Part shown: positions 39,443 to 49,067 of the stretch, piece after piece
How positions within the stretch are numbered: position 1 is the stretch's first letter
How the letters are laid out: each line of letters begins with the position of its first letter
Virus record (IMG/VR): IMGVR_UViG_3300029305_003192
Source: a virus
Taxonomy: Duplodnaviria; Caudoviricetes
Strand: one strand, 5' to 3'
Length of the DNA: 64,000 bases
The notes under the pieces: model-generated
What the model was told of the DNA's origin: nothing
Seen by the model: the letters and a program-made list of their open reading frames with translations, nothing else
Database searches by the model: none
Program-made: the position numbers and the translations under genes

Positions 39443-41569
39443 TTACTTAGTTTCCATAAGCTGTGTCCAGAGGTTAAGAATTTTCTCACCGTATCCTGTA
39501 CCTGTACACCATTTACCGTCGAGGTCAATCCATCTTGGAGCACAACCTCTTGTGACGAATTTGAATCTTGGGTCATACAAAGTTCTGCCTGCAGGAATAG
39601 CATCCTTACATGCATATGCGTACAGATGCTGCATCTGTGCTTCAACGCCGTTCTCAATAGTAACGAATGCGTTACCTGAGATACCGAGAGATGTTACACC
39701 AAGTCCGCAATAGTTATGCTGATTTGGCTTTACAGCTGTACCGCCTTCAAACTTAAACCATCCAGTTTCAACGATAGACTGGCAGATAGCAACGTCGCCA
39801 CGGATACCATAAATCGCAGAAATCTCTACGAAAGCACGAGCGATTGCTGGGTCAAAGTCAGGGTTGTGTTTCTGAATGAACTTGACCATCTGAGCTTCAG
39901 TAGCAAGTGTAGTACCACGGATAAGCTCAGAAGCTTCCGGAGTTTCGATAACTTCATCGTCTTCACTCAGGATTTCGATGACATCTGCAAGGAACTGGCT
40001 GAGGATACCGGATTTGATAGCACTGCGGATACCTTCATACTTAGGGTCACCGAGTACTTCTCTTACCCTATCCATGCCATCATCTTCTTCGATGATTTCC
40101 TCTTCAACGAGTTCCTCCTCGAGAACTTCACCGTCTTCGATAATCTCTTCCTCAAGAATCTCATCTTCAGTCTTAGGTGTTTCGACCTTGGCTGGTTTCT
40201 GGAAGAGTTCGAGATAGTTAATAGGAACCCAAGAGTTGATAGTATCAAGTTTAGCCTCGAACTGAATCTCGGACTTACCAATATCTCTCTTGATAAGGTC
40301 GATAACCTTTGTCACACACTTGGAGTTGACAGATGCGATTACTGATGTAGGAATGACTGTACCGTTGTTACCGTAATATGGAGTAAATCCGGAGCGGAAC
40401 TTAACCACATCATTCTTCTCAAGGACATACTGCTTACCTGTAGCGTCATATACAGCAAATCCTGTATAGATATTCTGCTCAAGGTTAGCCCAGAATCCAG
40501 CGGTACCTCTCTTCTTTGTGAGATTATACATACCGTTGGAGATTGCATATACGTAGTATGTACCTGGCTCTGCTTCGCCCTTGTTGTTAATCATCTTAGA
40601 TGCATCGTCAGCAGTAGAGTACTTCTTAATGTACTTGAATACTTCGTACTTTTCATTAACCTCAAGGATACCATCGCCGTCATCGTCCACAGGAGTATCG
40701 GTTTCTGGCTTTTCGTTATCGTTAGGGTTAATCCAAGCACCAGCAGTGCCTACTGTCTTTGTGAGGTTATACATACCATTATACTTCTTATAGATGTAAT
40801 ATGTACCAGCTGCAAGCTTACCCACTGCAAGAGATCCATCACCGCTTTTAGCATTATCTGCTGAAACGAACTTAGGAAGCTCGGTATAAACTGTATACTT
40901 TTCAGTATCAGTAATTTCTGTAGAAGGTACGACGATAACTTCATTACCAATGCTGGAGCTAACATATGTCACGTTAAACCAGTCACAGATAATCTTTGCA
41001 TCAACATCTGCAATCTTAGCAAGCTTTGTATCATCGATAAGCCATTTTACATCAGTTGGGTTGGAATGAAATCCATGTTCAATAAGGAAAGCTCTCTTAC
41101 ATCCAGCTGCAGCTGAATTACGGATTACACCGTAGTAGTCAAGGCCACCATTACCGATACGAGTCATAGGACCGCGGTTTCTGGTACCCATCAGTTCAGC
41201 AACTGCTGCGGAGAGATTGGTAGCAAACTTCTTATTTGGCTCAGCATCCTGGATACTATAGTATACGGATACACCATTGGCGGATGTACTTACGTAGTTA
41301 CCGATAGCATCAGAGTGAAGAGAAATAAAGAGGTCAGCCTTAGTACTTCCTGCCAACTTACCACGGTTAGCAAGAGTCGGGTCATCGGACACCTGGTTAC
41401 GGGTAAGCACCACATCAATACCTGCAGTTTCCAGCTTCTTACGAAGCATGAGTGCAAGTTTGTACATCTGAGTGCCTTCATAGAAGCCCTCAGCTGTTGG
41501 ATATGGGTTACCATACTGACCATGTCCTGGGTCGAGTACGACTTTAATCGTGCCCATTGTGAATTCCAC
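39443..41569 (-). CDS. endolysin: N-acetylmuramoyl-L-alanine amidase (Amidase_3), two cell-wall-binding repeats and a C-terminal glucosaminidase (GH73-like)
   Basis: VVLDPGHG, FYEG, ISLHSDA, LIEHGFHSN; repeated GTYY.Y...NGMYNLTK..GTAG.W; AICQSIVETGWF..HNYCGLG. Confidence 0.9.
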   Translation of the reverse strand: MEFTMGTIKVVLDPGHGQYGNPYPTAEGFYEGTQMYKLALMLRKKLETAGIDVVLTRNQVSDDPTLANRGKLAGSTKADLFISLHSDAIGNYVSTSANGVSVYYSIQDAEPNKKFATNLSAAVAELMGTRNRGPMTRIGNGGLDYYGVIRNSAAAGCKRAFLIEHGFHSNPTDVKWLIDDTKLAKIADVDAKIICDWFNVTYVSSSIGNEVIVVPSTEITDTEKYTVYTELPKFVSADNAKSGDGSLAVGKLAAGTYYIYKKYNGMYNLTKTVGTAGAWINPNDNEKPETDTPVDDDGDGILEVNEKYEVFKYIKKYSTADDASKMINNKGEAEPGTYYVYAISNGMYNLTKKRGTAGFWANLEQNIYTGFAVYDATGKQYVLEKNDVVKFRSGFTPYYGNNGTVIPTSVIASVNSKCVTKVIDLIKRDIGKSEIQFEAKLDTINSWVPINYLELFQKPAKVETPKTEDEILEEEIIEDGEVLEEELVEEEIIEEDDGMDRVREVLGDPKYEGIRSAIKSGILSQFLADVIEILSEDDEVIETPEASELIRGTTLATEAQMVKFIQKHNPDFDPAIARAFVEISAIYGIRGDVAICQSIVETGWFKFEGGTAVKPNQHNYCGLGVTSLGISGNAFVTIENGVEAQMQHLYAYACKDAIPAGRTLYDPRFKFVTRGCAPRWIDLDGKWCTGTGYGEKILNLWTQLMETK

Positions 41570-41604
41570 CTTTCATAGATAGATTATTTTGTGATTCTGA
41601 CCTA

Positions 41605-41616
41605 TACCCTCTTGTT
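41605..41616 (-). promoter_or_regulatory. putative late promoter AACA-N6-TA
   Basis: AACAagagggTA upstream of the endolysin. Confidence 0.55.
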
Positions 41617-41625
41617 TCGGAAAAG

Positions 41626-41635
41626 TATATATCAT
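41626..41635 (+). promoter_or_regulatory. putative early promoter TATATATCAT
   Basis: Exact motif on the plus strand, upstream of the plus-strand 41670 gene. Confidence 0.72.
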
Positions 41636-41669
41636 AGAGGTATACTTAACCCGGAAAGGAGTAATTAAT

Positions 41670-42176
41670 ATGGGTAAGAAGACAAAGGACAAGGTAAACA
41701 AGAAGGCAATGAAGATGATCAACGAGATCAACGAACTGCTTGACCGAAAGAAGAAGACACCGAGTTACAACAAGATTATCAACGGCAAACTCAAAGACAT
41801 TTACATCTACACGGACTTCGGTCCAGGATGTCGCAGACTTGTGAACTTTACAAACGAAATGAAGAAGTTTGTTGAGTTACATGATATGAAAGACGATAAG
41901 ATTAAGATGATTCATATTAATACGGTCATCAAGAATATCCTCCAGCGTCAGGGTTATGATATTTATGATGAAGATAGCGAGCGTTTTCACACATCGCGTT
42001 ACGTCTTCAACGATATGGGATGTAAGATCGTATCTCTGGTCCGTGACTATGAGGATGGTATTGGAGAATGCTGGGGACACCTCAGTGATTCCGAGTATAT
42101 TGGAGAGTCTCTCCCTATCCGCTGGTGTGTATCGTTCGGACCTCCAACGGGTACAGATGCTCCGGTTGACGAATAA
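41670..42176 (+). CDS. hypothetical early protein (168 aa)
   Basis: GAAAGGAG RBS; TATATATCAT at 41626-41635. Confidence 0.72.
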   Translation: MGKKTKDKVNKKAMKMINEINELLDRKKKTPSYNKIINGKLKDIYIYTDFGPGCRRLVNFTNEMKKFVELHDMKDDKIKMIHINTVIKNILQRQGYDIYDEDSERFHTSRYVFNDMGCKIVSLVRDYEDGIGECWGHLSDSEYIGESLPIRWCVSFGPPTGTDAPVDE

Positions 42177-42265
42177 CGATTGTTGGGTAGGAGGGTGTAA
42201 ATCACCCTCCGAATGACCCGACAACTTACTAAACCTATGATTTTTTTGTTATAAGAGGTGATTTT

Positions 42266-42991
42266 ATGTATCTTTTATTGGATGACGCCAATACGATTCT
42301 TCTTATCACACAGGCGTGTAAGAAGACATCTATCGGATGGCAAGTCAATAAGAATATGATAATCAGAAAGCCTGATGCGACTTTAGTCGAAGTTGACGAG
42401 GTACCTGATTATGTTGAACCTATGAAATATCGTTATATGGACGGAGTATTCTCCATATCTCCACATTGGGTTGAGCCGGTTAATGAGATGGCTGAGCTTA
42501 AGAAACAGGTTAAGACTCTCACAGCCGAACTTAATCAGGTCAATATGGATGTTAATGGTACTGACCCAAATAAGATGAATACTGAGGAATACCGCACATA
42601 TCTCAGAAGTAAAAATAACCAGCTTCTCGCCAAGTTCCTTCTTGAGAATCCACTCAAGTGGACAAATAATAAGTATTATGGGGCTACTGAGGAAGATCAG
42701 AGTCTCATGCTTAACAACTACAACGGCTGGAAGATGTTTAATCAGCTTGGTATTCCAATTAAACTCGAGTGGAATGCTGCTAACGAGGGCTGTACTGAAT
42801 GGACTGAAGAAGAATATCTGTCACTGATGGGTGCGATTTATACCTATGCTAAAAAGATGCTTAAACTTTGTCAGTGGTATAAAGTAAAGATTATCAATGC
42901 TGCCAATAAGTTTGAGATGGATGCTGTCACACTCGAGTATTCGGTCGAGAAAGCTGATGAAGTTATCCAGAGTCTCCAGGCAAATGAATAA
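42266..42991 (+). CDS. tail fibre assembly/chaperone-like protein (DUF4376-like)
   Basis: YYGATEEDQ..LEWNAANEGCTEWT..L..L; paralogous to the 52081 and 61224 genes. Confidence 0.6.
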   Translation: MYLLLDDANTILLITQACKKTSIGWQVNKNMIIRKPDATLVEVDEVPDYVEPMKYRYMDGVFSISPHWVEPVNEMAELKKQVKTLTAELNQVNMDVNGTDPNKMNTEEYRTYLRSKNNQLLAKFLLENPLKWTNNKYYGATEEDQSLMLNNYNGWKMFNQLGIPIKLEWNAANEGCTEWTEEEYLSLMGAIYTYAKKMLKLCQWYKVKIINAANKFEMDAVTLEYSVEKADEVIQSLQANE

Positions 42992-43004
42992 GAGGTGATT
43001 ATAC

Positions 43005-43769
43005 ATGCAGGTTAGTAATCTCTTAGTGAATGGGGACATGCGAGTAGATGGTAAGATATATGGTATATCTGCGATTTCTACTCGAGAAGTGGTTCAGGTA
43101 TCATCAGATGAGCCTGTTAATCTTGTTAAGATAGGCACTCTCAAAATGAAAGACTCTGTACCAGATGCTATATCCCCACTCGCCAATATTAATTTCAGTA
43201 TTATGCCCGATAGTGAGAGCATATCATCTCCATCAATGGCAACTATGGTTATTGGTGAAGAACCAGATAATACTCCGATGATGGGATCGATGCTCTTTGA
43301 CTTTGGACATAATAGTAATGATGAGGAAAAGTTGTTCGTTAAATCATCTATGGATGCTCATCTTGTTAAACTTACCTCATATGATAATTATACGGCAGAT
43401 GTATATTTGGCATTTGAAGAAACCCTCGATAGCGTTACAGTTATCGCGGATGTGGTTTTTAATAATGCCTTCTCATTCACCACAGATACTGCGACATATT
43501 TATCAAATCCGTGGGAAACTGGAACCATCGTCTCACCTGCTATTAAGAGGGTGATAGGTGGTACCATCCCAGTATTTAAAGGTGCTACAGATAGTACCGA
43601 TGGTGGTGAAGGATTAGTTCCGGCACCTGTTAAGGGTAACCCGGAACGATTCCTTAAGGTCGATGGTACTTGGGAACCTGTCGATTTCGCCACATTTGAA
43701 CATGTTGAAGATTCTGATATCAACACTTTGTTTGGAGATGAGGAGATAACTCCCATCTACTCGACATAG
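43005..43769 (+). CDS. tail fibre-associated protein
   Basis: FKGATDSTDGGEGLVPAP..RFLKVDGTW fibre motif. Confidence 0.65.
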   Translation: MQVSNLLVNGDMRVDGKIYGISAISTREVVQVSSDEPVNLVKIGTLKMKDSVPDAISPLANINFSIMPDSESISSPSMATMVIGEEPDNTPMMGSMLFDFGHNSNDEEKLFVKSSMDAHLVKLTSYDNYTADVYLAFEETLDSVTVIADVVFNNAFSFTTDTATYLSNPWETGTIVSPAIKRVIGGTIPVFKGATDSTDGGEGLVPAPVKGNPERFLKVDGTWEPVDFATFEHVEDSDINTLFGDEEITPIYST

Positions 43770-43822
43770 TTAAGATACCGGATTTCAAATAATATTTTTT
43801 ACGTGAAAGGAATGATTTTAAC

Positions 43823-44542
43823 ATGGCTGATACTAAGAAGCTTATGAACCTTGCCACCTTGACTTACTACGATAACAAGCTTAAGACATGGGTAGCAACA
43901 CAGATCGACGGCGCTATCGCTGAACTCGGTAACGTATTTACACTCCTCGGTTCTAAGAATTCCTTTGCAGAGCTTCCTGCTGAAGGCAACAACGTAGGCG
44001 ACATCTGGCTCGTACCTAACGGTAATGCTTCTGATGAATACTACTGGACTGCTGAAGGTAAGTGGGAACTCATGGGTACAACAGCTACTGACATCAGTGG
44101 TTGTGTAACTAAGGAATCTCTCTATGCTGGTGCTGACGGCACAGGTACAACAGCTGCTCCTGCTGAAGGTACAATCCTTGCAAGTATTCTTGCTAAGATT
44201 GCTGATGGCGTTACAGATGTTACTTTCACAGCTGCTGCAGAAACATCTGCTGCAGTAAGTGATACAGTTAACGGTACTGTAAAGACAACTGAAACAACAG
44301 TTGCTATCACAACTGCTGATGGTGAAGTTGACGATACACAGAAGATCGTTACTAAGTACATCGAATACGGCGCTGCTGATACAGCTAAGGACGGTCTTAT
44401 GACTGCTACTCAGGTAGCTGCTCTCAATAAGGCTGGTACAGACATTACAGCTATCGATGGTCGCGTACTTGCACTTGAACAGGCACAGCCTGACCTCATC
44501 CAGAACAACGACATCGACGCCCTCTTTACAGTCGGCGAATAA
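43823..44542 (+). CDS. tail fibre-associated protein
   Basis: LP..GN.VGD.W.V..EYYW...KWELMG module and DGLMTA repeat typical of phage fibres. Confidence 0.65.
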   Translation: MADTKKLMNLATLTYYDNKLKTWVATQIDGAIAELGNVFTLLGSKNSFAELPAEGNNVGDIWLVPNGNASDEYYWTAEGKWELMGTTATDISGCVTKESLYAGADGTGTTAAPAEGTILASILAKIADGVTDVTFTAAAETSAAVSDTVNGTVKTTETTVAITTADGEVDDTQKIVTKYIEYGAADTAKDGLMTATQVAALNKAGTDITAIDGRVLALEQAQPDLIQNNDIDALFTVGE

Positions 44543-44618
44543 TCCATAATGTCACTTATGGGCAAGACCACATTATGGTCTTGCCCATATTATTTTACAA
44601 TAAGGGAGTGATACTGAT

Positions 44619-46544
44619 ATGGCAGATACCGGAAAGAGTAAGGTATTGGACCTCGTAGGTCTTAATAAGTATGACGAATTGCTTAAGCAATTAATTACTG
44701 CTCATACCACTAACAAAGACAATCCACATGAAGTGACCAAGGATCAAATTGGTCTCGGTAGTGTTGAAAATAAATCGGTTGCAGAAATACTTGCAGCCAT
44801 GACATCTGAAGATGTTACTAAAGCCCTGGGATTTACCCCACAGAAACAGGGTGCCGGTGGCGGTGGAAGTTACGGTTTCGCAACCGAAACAGAAGCCGGT
44901 ATTATTATGTCAGGTGGGGATATCTCGGTAGGTGAAGATGGTACTGTTACAGTAAACAGCATTGGTGATATCAACGTTGGTAGTGATGTCCAGCCAGTTT
45001 ACTTCAAGGATGGAAAACCAGTAGTAGGACACTATACTTTAGCAGAAGCTGCTGGTAAGGGTATCACCAACATCACCGAATCTAGCAATCTCGGATGGGC
45101 AAATACTTCCGTAGGCGGTTTATTTGTACCATCATTAAATACACTCGCATTCTGGAATGGTGAATATGCCGAAGGAATGTCTAATATCGAGTACTTTAAG
45201 CTCGGTAAGTTTGGCTCGATGGCTACCAGAAGTAAAGATGAATATCTCGAAACTGGAGATATTGCTGATTGGGCTAAGGCTGAAAATAAGCCTGAATATA
45301 CGTATACCGAAGTGGGTGCTGACAAAGCCGGTGCTGCTGACACAGCTCTTGCATCTGCTAAGGAATATGCATTGAATACTGTTAATACCAAGATTGCAGA
45401 ACTTATCAACTCTGCTCCAGAAACAATGGATACTCTTGGTGAGCTCGCTATGCTCATGACTTCCAACCAGGAAGCTGTTGATATTCTCAATGAAGCTATT
45501 GCCAAGAAGGCTACGATAAGTGACCTTACCGCTCATACTGGAAATAAGTCCAACCCTCATGGCGTTACTAAGGCCCAGGTTGGACTTGATAAGGTTGACA
45601 ATACTGCAGATGCTGATAAGAGTGTTCTGAGAGCAACAACCGCCGGTTCTCTTGAGCCAGTAGAGTCTAAGGCGACCACTAGTGCATATGGTAACGTATG
45701 GTTTTCTGAAGAGCCAAATACTGGAAGATTGGTTGTTAAATCAACATTTCAATATGATCCCGTTACTGACACACTTAAAGTTGGAAATATCACAGGTAGA
45801 GCGAACAATTCAGCCACAGCGGATGCTCTCACAGTAGCAGCAGCCGTTGGCTCTGCAACTAATCCTGTTTATATAGATGCGAACGGTAAACCGGTGAAGA
45901 CTACATATACACTTGGAGCATCAGTTCCATCTGGTGCTAAGTTTACGGATACAACATATGCACAGGCTACGTCATCTGCTCTTGGTCTCGTTAAGATAGG
46001 ATACGATGAAAATGGTAAGAACTATCCCGTCGAGCTTAATGCCTCGGGACAGATGTTTGTTAATGTACCATGGACAGATAATAACACTACTTATTCAGCT
46101 GCTACTGCAAGTGCAGCAGGACTTATGAGTGCTGCAGATAAGACTACACTGGACAATGTCGCAAAAACGTACTTGCCTTTGGCAGGTGGTAGTATGTCTG
46201 TAAAATCTTCGATAACAATCCCGGCCGGTGGTAGCGGTAGATGGTCTAAAATCACGTACGGTGGTTTAGATTTAGGGTCGGATGCGACTAGTGGATGGGC
46301 GATTGGTATGTCATTTAAATCGAATGATGGTAATACAAGACTCGGAACAATCGGTGCACATGGTACAGCAGACTCCATGGCTTATTACTATTTTGGTGAA
46401 TCGTTTGATACCGCAAAAATTAAGGCATATAATTCAGGCGTTATGTCTATGACTAAACTGATGGCCACATCAGCTGTCATCGACGAAAAGGTAACTCTTG
46501 CTTATAGCGACACAACTGACTCACTTTCATTTAACTTTGCTTAA
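44619..46544 (+). CDS. tail fibre protein
   Basis: NPH.VTK.Q.GL..V.N repeats, LINSAPETMDTLGELA, AGLMSAADK. Confidence 0.8.
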   Translation: MADTGKSKVLDLVGLNKYDELLKQLITAHTTNKDNPHEVTKDQIGLGSVENKSVAEILAAMTSEDVTKALGFTPQKQGAGGGGSYGFATETEAGIIMSGGDISVGEDGTVTVNSIGDINVGSDVQPVYFKDGKPVVGHYTLAEAAGKGITNITESSNLGWANTSVGGLFVPSLNTLAFWNGEYAEGMSNIEYFKLGKFGSMATRSKDEYLETGDIADWAKAENKPEYTYTEVGADKAGAADTALASAKEYALNTVNTKIAELINSAPETMDTLGELAMLMTSNQEAVDILNEAIAKKATISDLTAHTGNKSNPHGVTKAQVGLDKVDNTADADKSVLRATTAGSLEPVESKATTSAYGNVWFSEEPNTGRLVVKSTFQYDPVTDTLKVGNITGRANNSATADALTVAAAVGSATNPVYIDANGKPVKTTYTLGASVPSGAKFTDTTYAQATSSALGLVKIGYDENGKNYPVELNASGQMFVNVPWTDNNTTYSAATASAAGLMSAADKTTLDNVAKTYLPLAGGSMSVKSSITIPAGGSGRWSKITYGGLDLGSDATSGWAIGMSFKSNDGNTRLGTIGAHGTADSMAYYYFGESFDTAKIKAYNSGVMSMTKLMATSAVIDEKVTLAYSDTTDSLSFNFA

Positions 46545-46560
46545 TAAGAGGTGAACTTTT

Positions 46561-48417
46561 ATGAGCTTAAAAATATGGCTTACCGGTAACGGTAATGTTG
46601 AAAACCAAGGATGTGGATTATTAGATAATCCGTTTATTACATCCCCAGTTTACGACTCTGGTAAACTGGGGAAATGTATCAAATTAACTAACACTGGATC
46701 AAATATGGTATCCCTATTGGACGAACCGACAAGTAGGACATTCTCAGCATCATACTGGGTAAGACTCGACTCGTCGTCATATACCAACTGGGCAGATATA
46801 TTTGGGTTACGATTTGTTACGGACGATGGAACGGTTAACGAATTTAGAGAGGAACTATTCATAGAGGGTTCAAAGCTCTATACAAATTTTTTCGGCCCAC
46901 CACTTACTGGTACTGCCGGTATGATTGTTAATGGAACCTCAAATCTGATGACCGTAGGAGAATGGGTACATGATGCGATAACATGTGATGGTAATAATCT
47001 CACATGGTATCGTAACAATAAAGTGATCGGAACGTATACTATTGCTAGTGATCGTAAAGGATCCGTCGATTGGCAGAGGATTCATATAGGGTCATCAGCT
47101 GCACAAATGAGCATGTGCGATTTCCGACTCTATGACCACTGCTTATCTAAGAAAGAGATTCACGAGATCTACAAATCTCTTATATTACATTACCCACTCA
47201 ATAACCCATTCGGTAACCCGAATCTTGTACCAAACACCTTTGACTGGGACGGGTTTTATATCGGTTCTGGTGGATCGATTACTGATGAATATTATCATGG
47301 CTTCAGAGTATTAAAATGTAGTGTGCTCGCAGATGATACAAGCGCTTTTCGAGACATTTGTGCTTTCAATGTCGCAGTTGAGCCATCTACAACATATACC
47401 CTCAGCTTTTATTACAAGGGGATCTTCTTCGATTCATTTTTCCATCCGTCTGTCGTCGCCAGTGGTAAAAATAATACTGGTAGCACAACTACACGGTCTG
47501 ATGGTTGTATTACTGCACCAAGTACTGACATATGGAAGAAATATACCATAACTTGGACCACTTTGAGTACAGTGGCAAGTGGTACTTCCAAACAGGTAAT
47601 TCCCGTCAGAATGTATCGTGGAGATACGGATAGATATGGATATATATGTGGTATCAAATTTGAAAAAAGCGACACTGTAACTCCATGGTGTCCAAATTCC
47701 GCTGATGAAGAATATTCATTGCTGGGATTGGATTCCAATATCATTGCGGATTGTAGCGGATATGGTAACGATGGTACGATGTCTGGTAGGTATACATATG
47801 CCCAGCTATCTCCTAGATATGATAGTTTCTGGAAACTATTAGATGGTGGGTATATAAATTGTGGTGTCGGTGCAAAAGTATCAGACACATTAACGATAAA
47901 TATATGGGCCGGTCGTGACGATTGGACTCTACCGTCCGATAGACTTATATCGTGTACAGAAACCGGTGGCTGGTCATTTCAACGCGTCATTAACAGCGAT
48001 GGAGACGACACGTACGAGTTCGTAATTTATGTCAATGATGCATATCACTTCGTACATTTCCAAACCCTTATATCTGAATTGAGCAGTGGATGGCACATGT
48101 TCACTGCGACATATGATGGATGTGAATGTAAGATATATCTCGATGGTATTTTCGAAGCATCCAAAATACTTAATACCACGAAATCCAACATAATATACAC
48201 ATGCGACAACTCTATATTCTTAAACGTCGAGTCAGCCGGAAACTCGCCATCGGCGTTGCCGGATACTACTAATTCAACGCCAAGAGCTATGAATTATTCA
48301 GATTTTCGTATATATGCAACAGCTCTTACTGCTGATGATATCAAAGAACTTTATCAGATGCCTTTCTCTATTGATAAGAATGGTAATGTCTTTGGTTATA
48401 ACTTTATGGAGGTGTGA
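46561..48417 (+). CDS. LamG/concanavalin-like lectin-domain tail protein
   Basis: Two LamG-like units (WVH.AIT.DG..DFRLYDHCLS; WHMFTATYDG..DFRIYATAL) around a carbohydrate-binding-like domain. Confidence 0.75.
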   Translation: MSLKIWLTGNGNVENQGCGLLDNPFITSPVYDSGKLGKCIKLTNTGSNMVSLLDEPTSRTFSASYWVRLDSSSYTNWADIFGLRFVTDDGTVNEFREELFIEGSKLYTNFFGPPLTGTAGMIVNGTSNLMTVGEWVHDAITCDGNNLTWYRNNKVIGTYTIASDRKGSVDWQRIHIGSSAAQMSMCDFRLYDHCLSKKEIHEIYKSLILHYPLNNPFGNPNLVPNTFDWDGFYIGSGGSITDEYYHGFRVLKCSVLADDTSAFRDICAFNVAVEPSTTYTLSFYYKGIFFDSFFHPSVVASGKNNTGSTTTRSDGCITAPSTDIWKKYTITWTTLSTVASGTSKQVIPVRMYRGDTDRYGYICGIKFEKSDTVTPWCPNSADEEYSLLGLDSNIIADCSGYGNDGTMSGRYTYAQLSPRYDSFWKLLDGGYINCGVGAKVSDTLTINIWAGRDDWTLPSDRLISCTETGGWSFQRVINSDGDDTYEFVIYVNDAYHFVHFQTLISELSSGWHMFTATYDGCECKIYLDGIFEASKILNTTKSNIIYTCDNSIFLNVESAGNSPSALPDTTNSTPRAMNYSDFRIYATALTADDIKELYQMPFSIDKNGNVFGYNFMEV

Positions 48418-49049
48418 TAAACATGTCCGTAGATTTTAAGAAAAATGGTGTAGCCACTGCTGCCAGCTTTGGCAGTACGGCTGCACCTTTACAGGAAATG
48501 GAAATAAAATACCTTGACGATGGAAGTGTATGGGCAAGAATTCACTATCTCAATGTGGCAAATACCGTCGAGTGGTTTGCTAATGATGCCGAGGTTATGA
48601 AATGTATCAATAAAAATAACCGTTATAGTCGTATGGGCATCGTCGATCTATTTAAGCAGACTGACGGCACATACGAATTTCTAATAATGTACCCAAGCAT
48701 CTCATCAACCCTTTATAATAGATGGTCTCAGACATCAAGTCCTAATGTTACTACAGGAACCGGATTTAGTGCGATAACTACTACATGGTCCGATCATATC
48801 GGACCGATTGTTTTCAATAATAATGAGCTAACATGCTATTCGTGCGATACGCCTGGTGAAAATACTTGGTTTGCCCCTATCGGGCAATTGGCTGCTTGGG
48901 ATGCCGCAAAATCTATGTACATACCATCATCGAGAGGTGATTCGGCAACATCTACTGAACTCTGGGTCAGAATTGACCAGCTTCCAGAGACTTCTATTTG
49001 TCAGATATTTGACAACTCAATAACGGCAACTTCATTTATCGAAATATAA
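48414..49049 (+). CDS. putative receptor-binding protein (fibrinogen-C-like domain)
   Basis: DGSVWARI, YEFLIMYP..YNRWSQTSSP, ELWVRID; coupled to the LamG gene. Confidence 0.5.
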   Translation: MINMSVDFKKNGVATAASFGSTAAPLQEMEIKYLDDGSVWARIHYLNVANTVEWFANDAEVMKCINKNNRYSRMGIVDLFKQTDGTYEFLIMYPSISSTLYNRWSQTSSPNVTTGTGFSAITTTWSDHIGPIVFNNNELTCYSCDTPGENTWFAPIGQLAAWDAAKSMYIPSSRGDSATSTELWVRIDQLPETSICQIFDNSITATSFIEI

Positions 49050-49067
49050 AGAGGTGAGTTATTTCTC

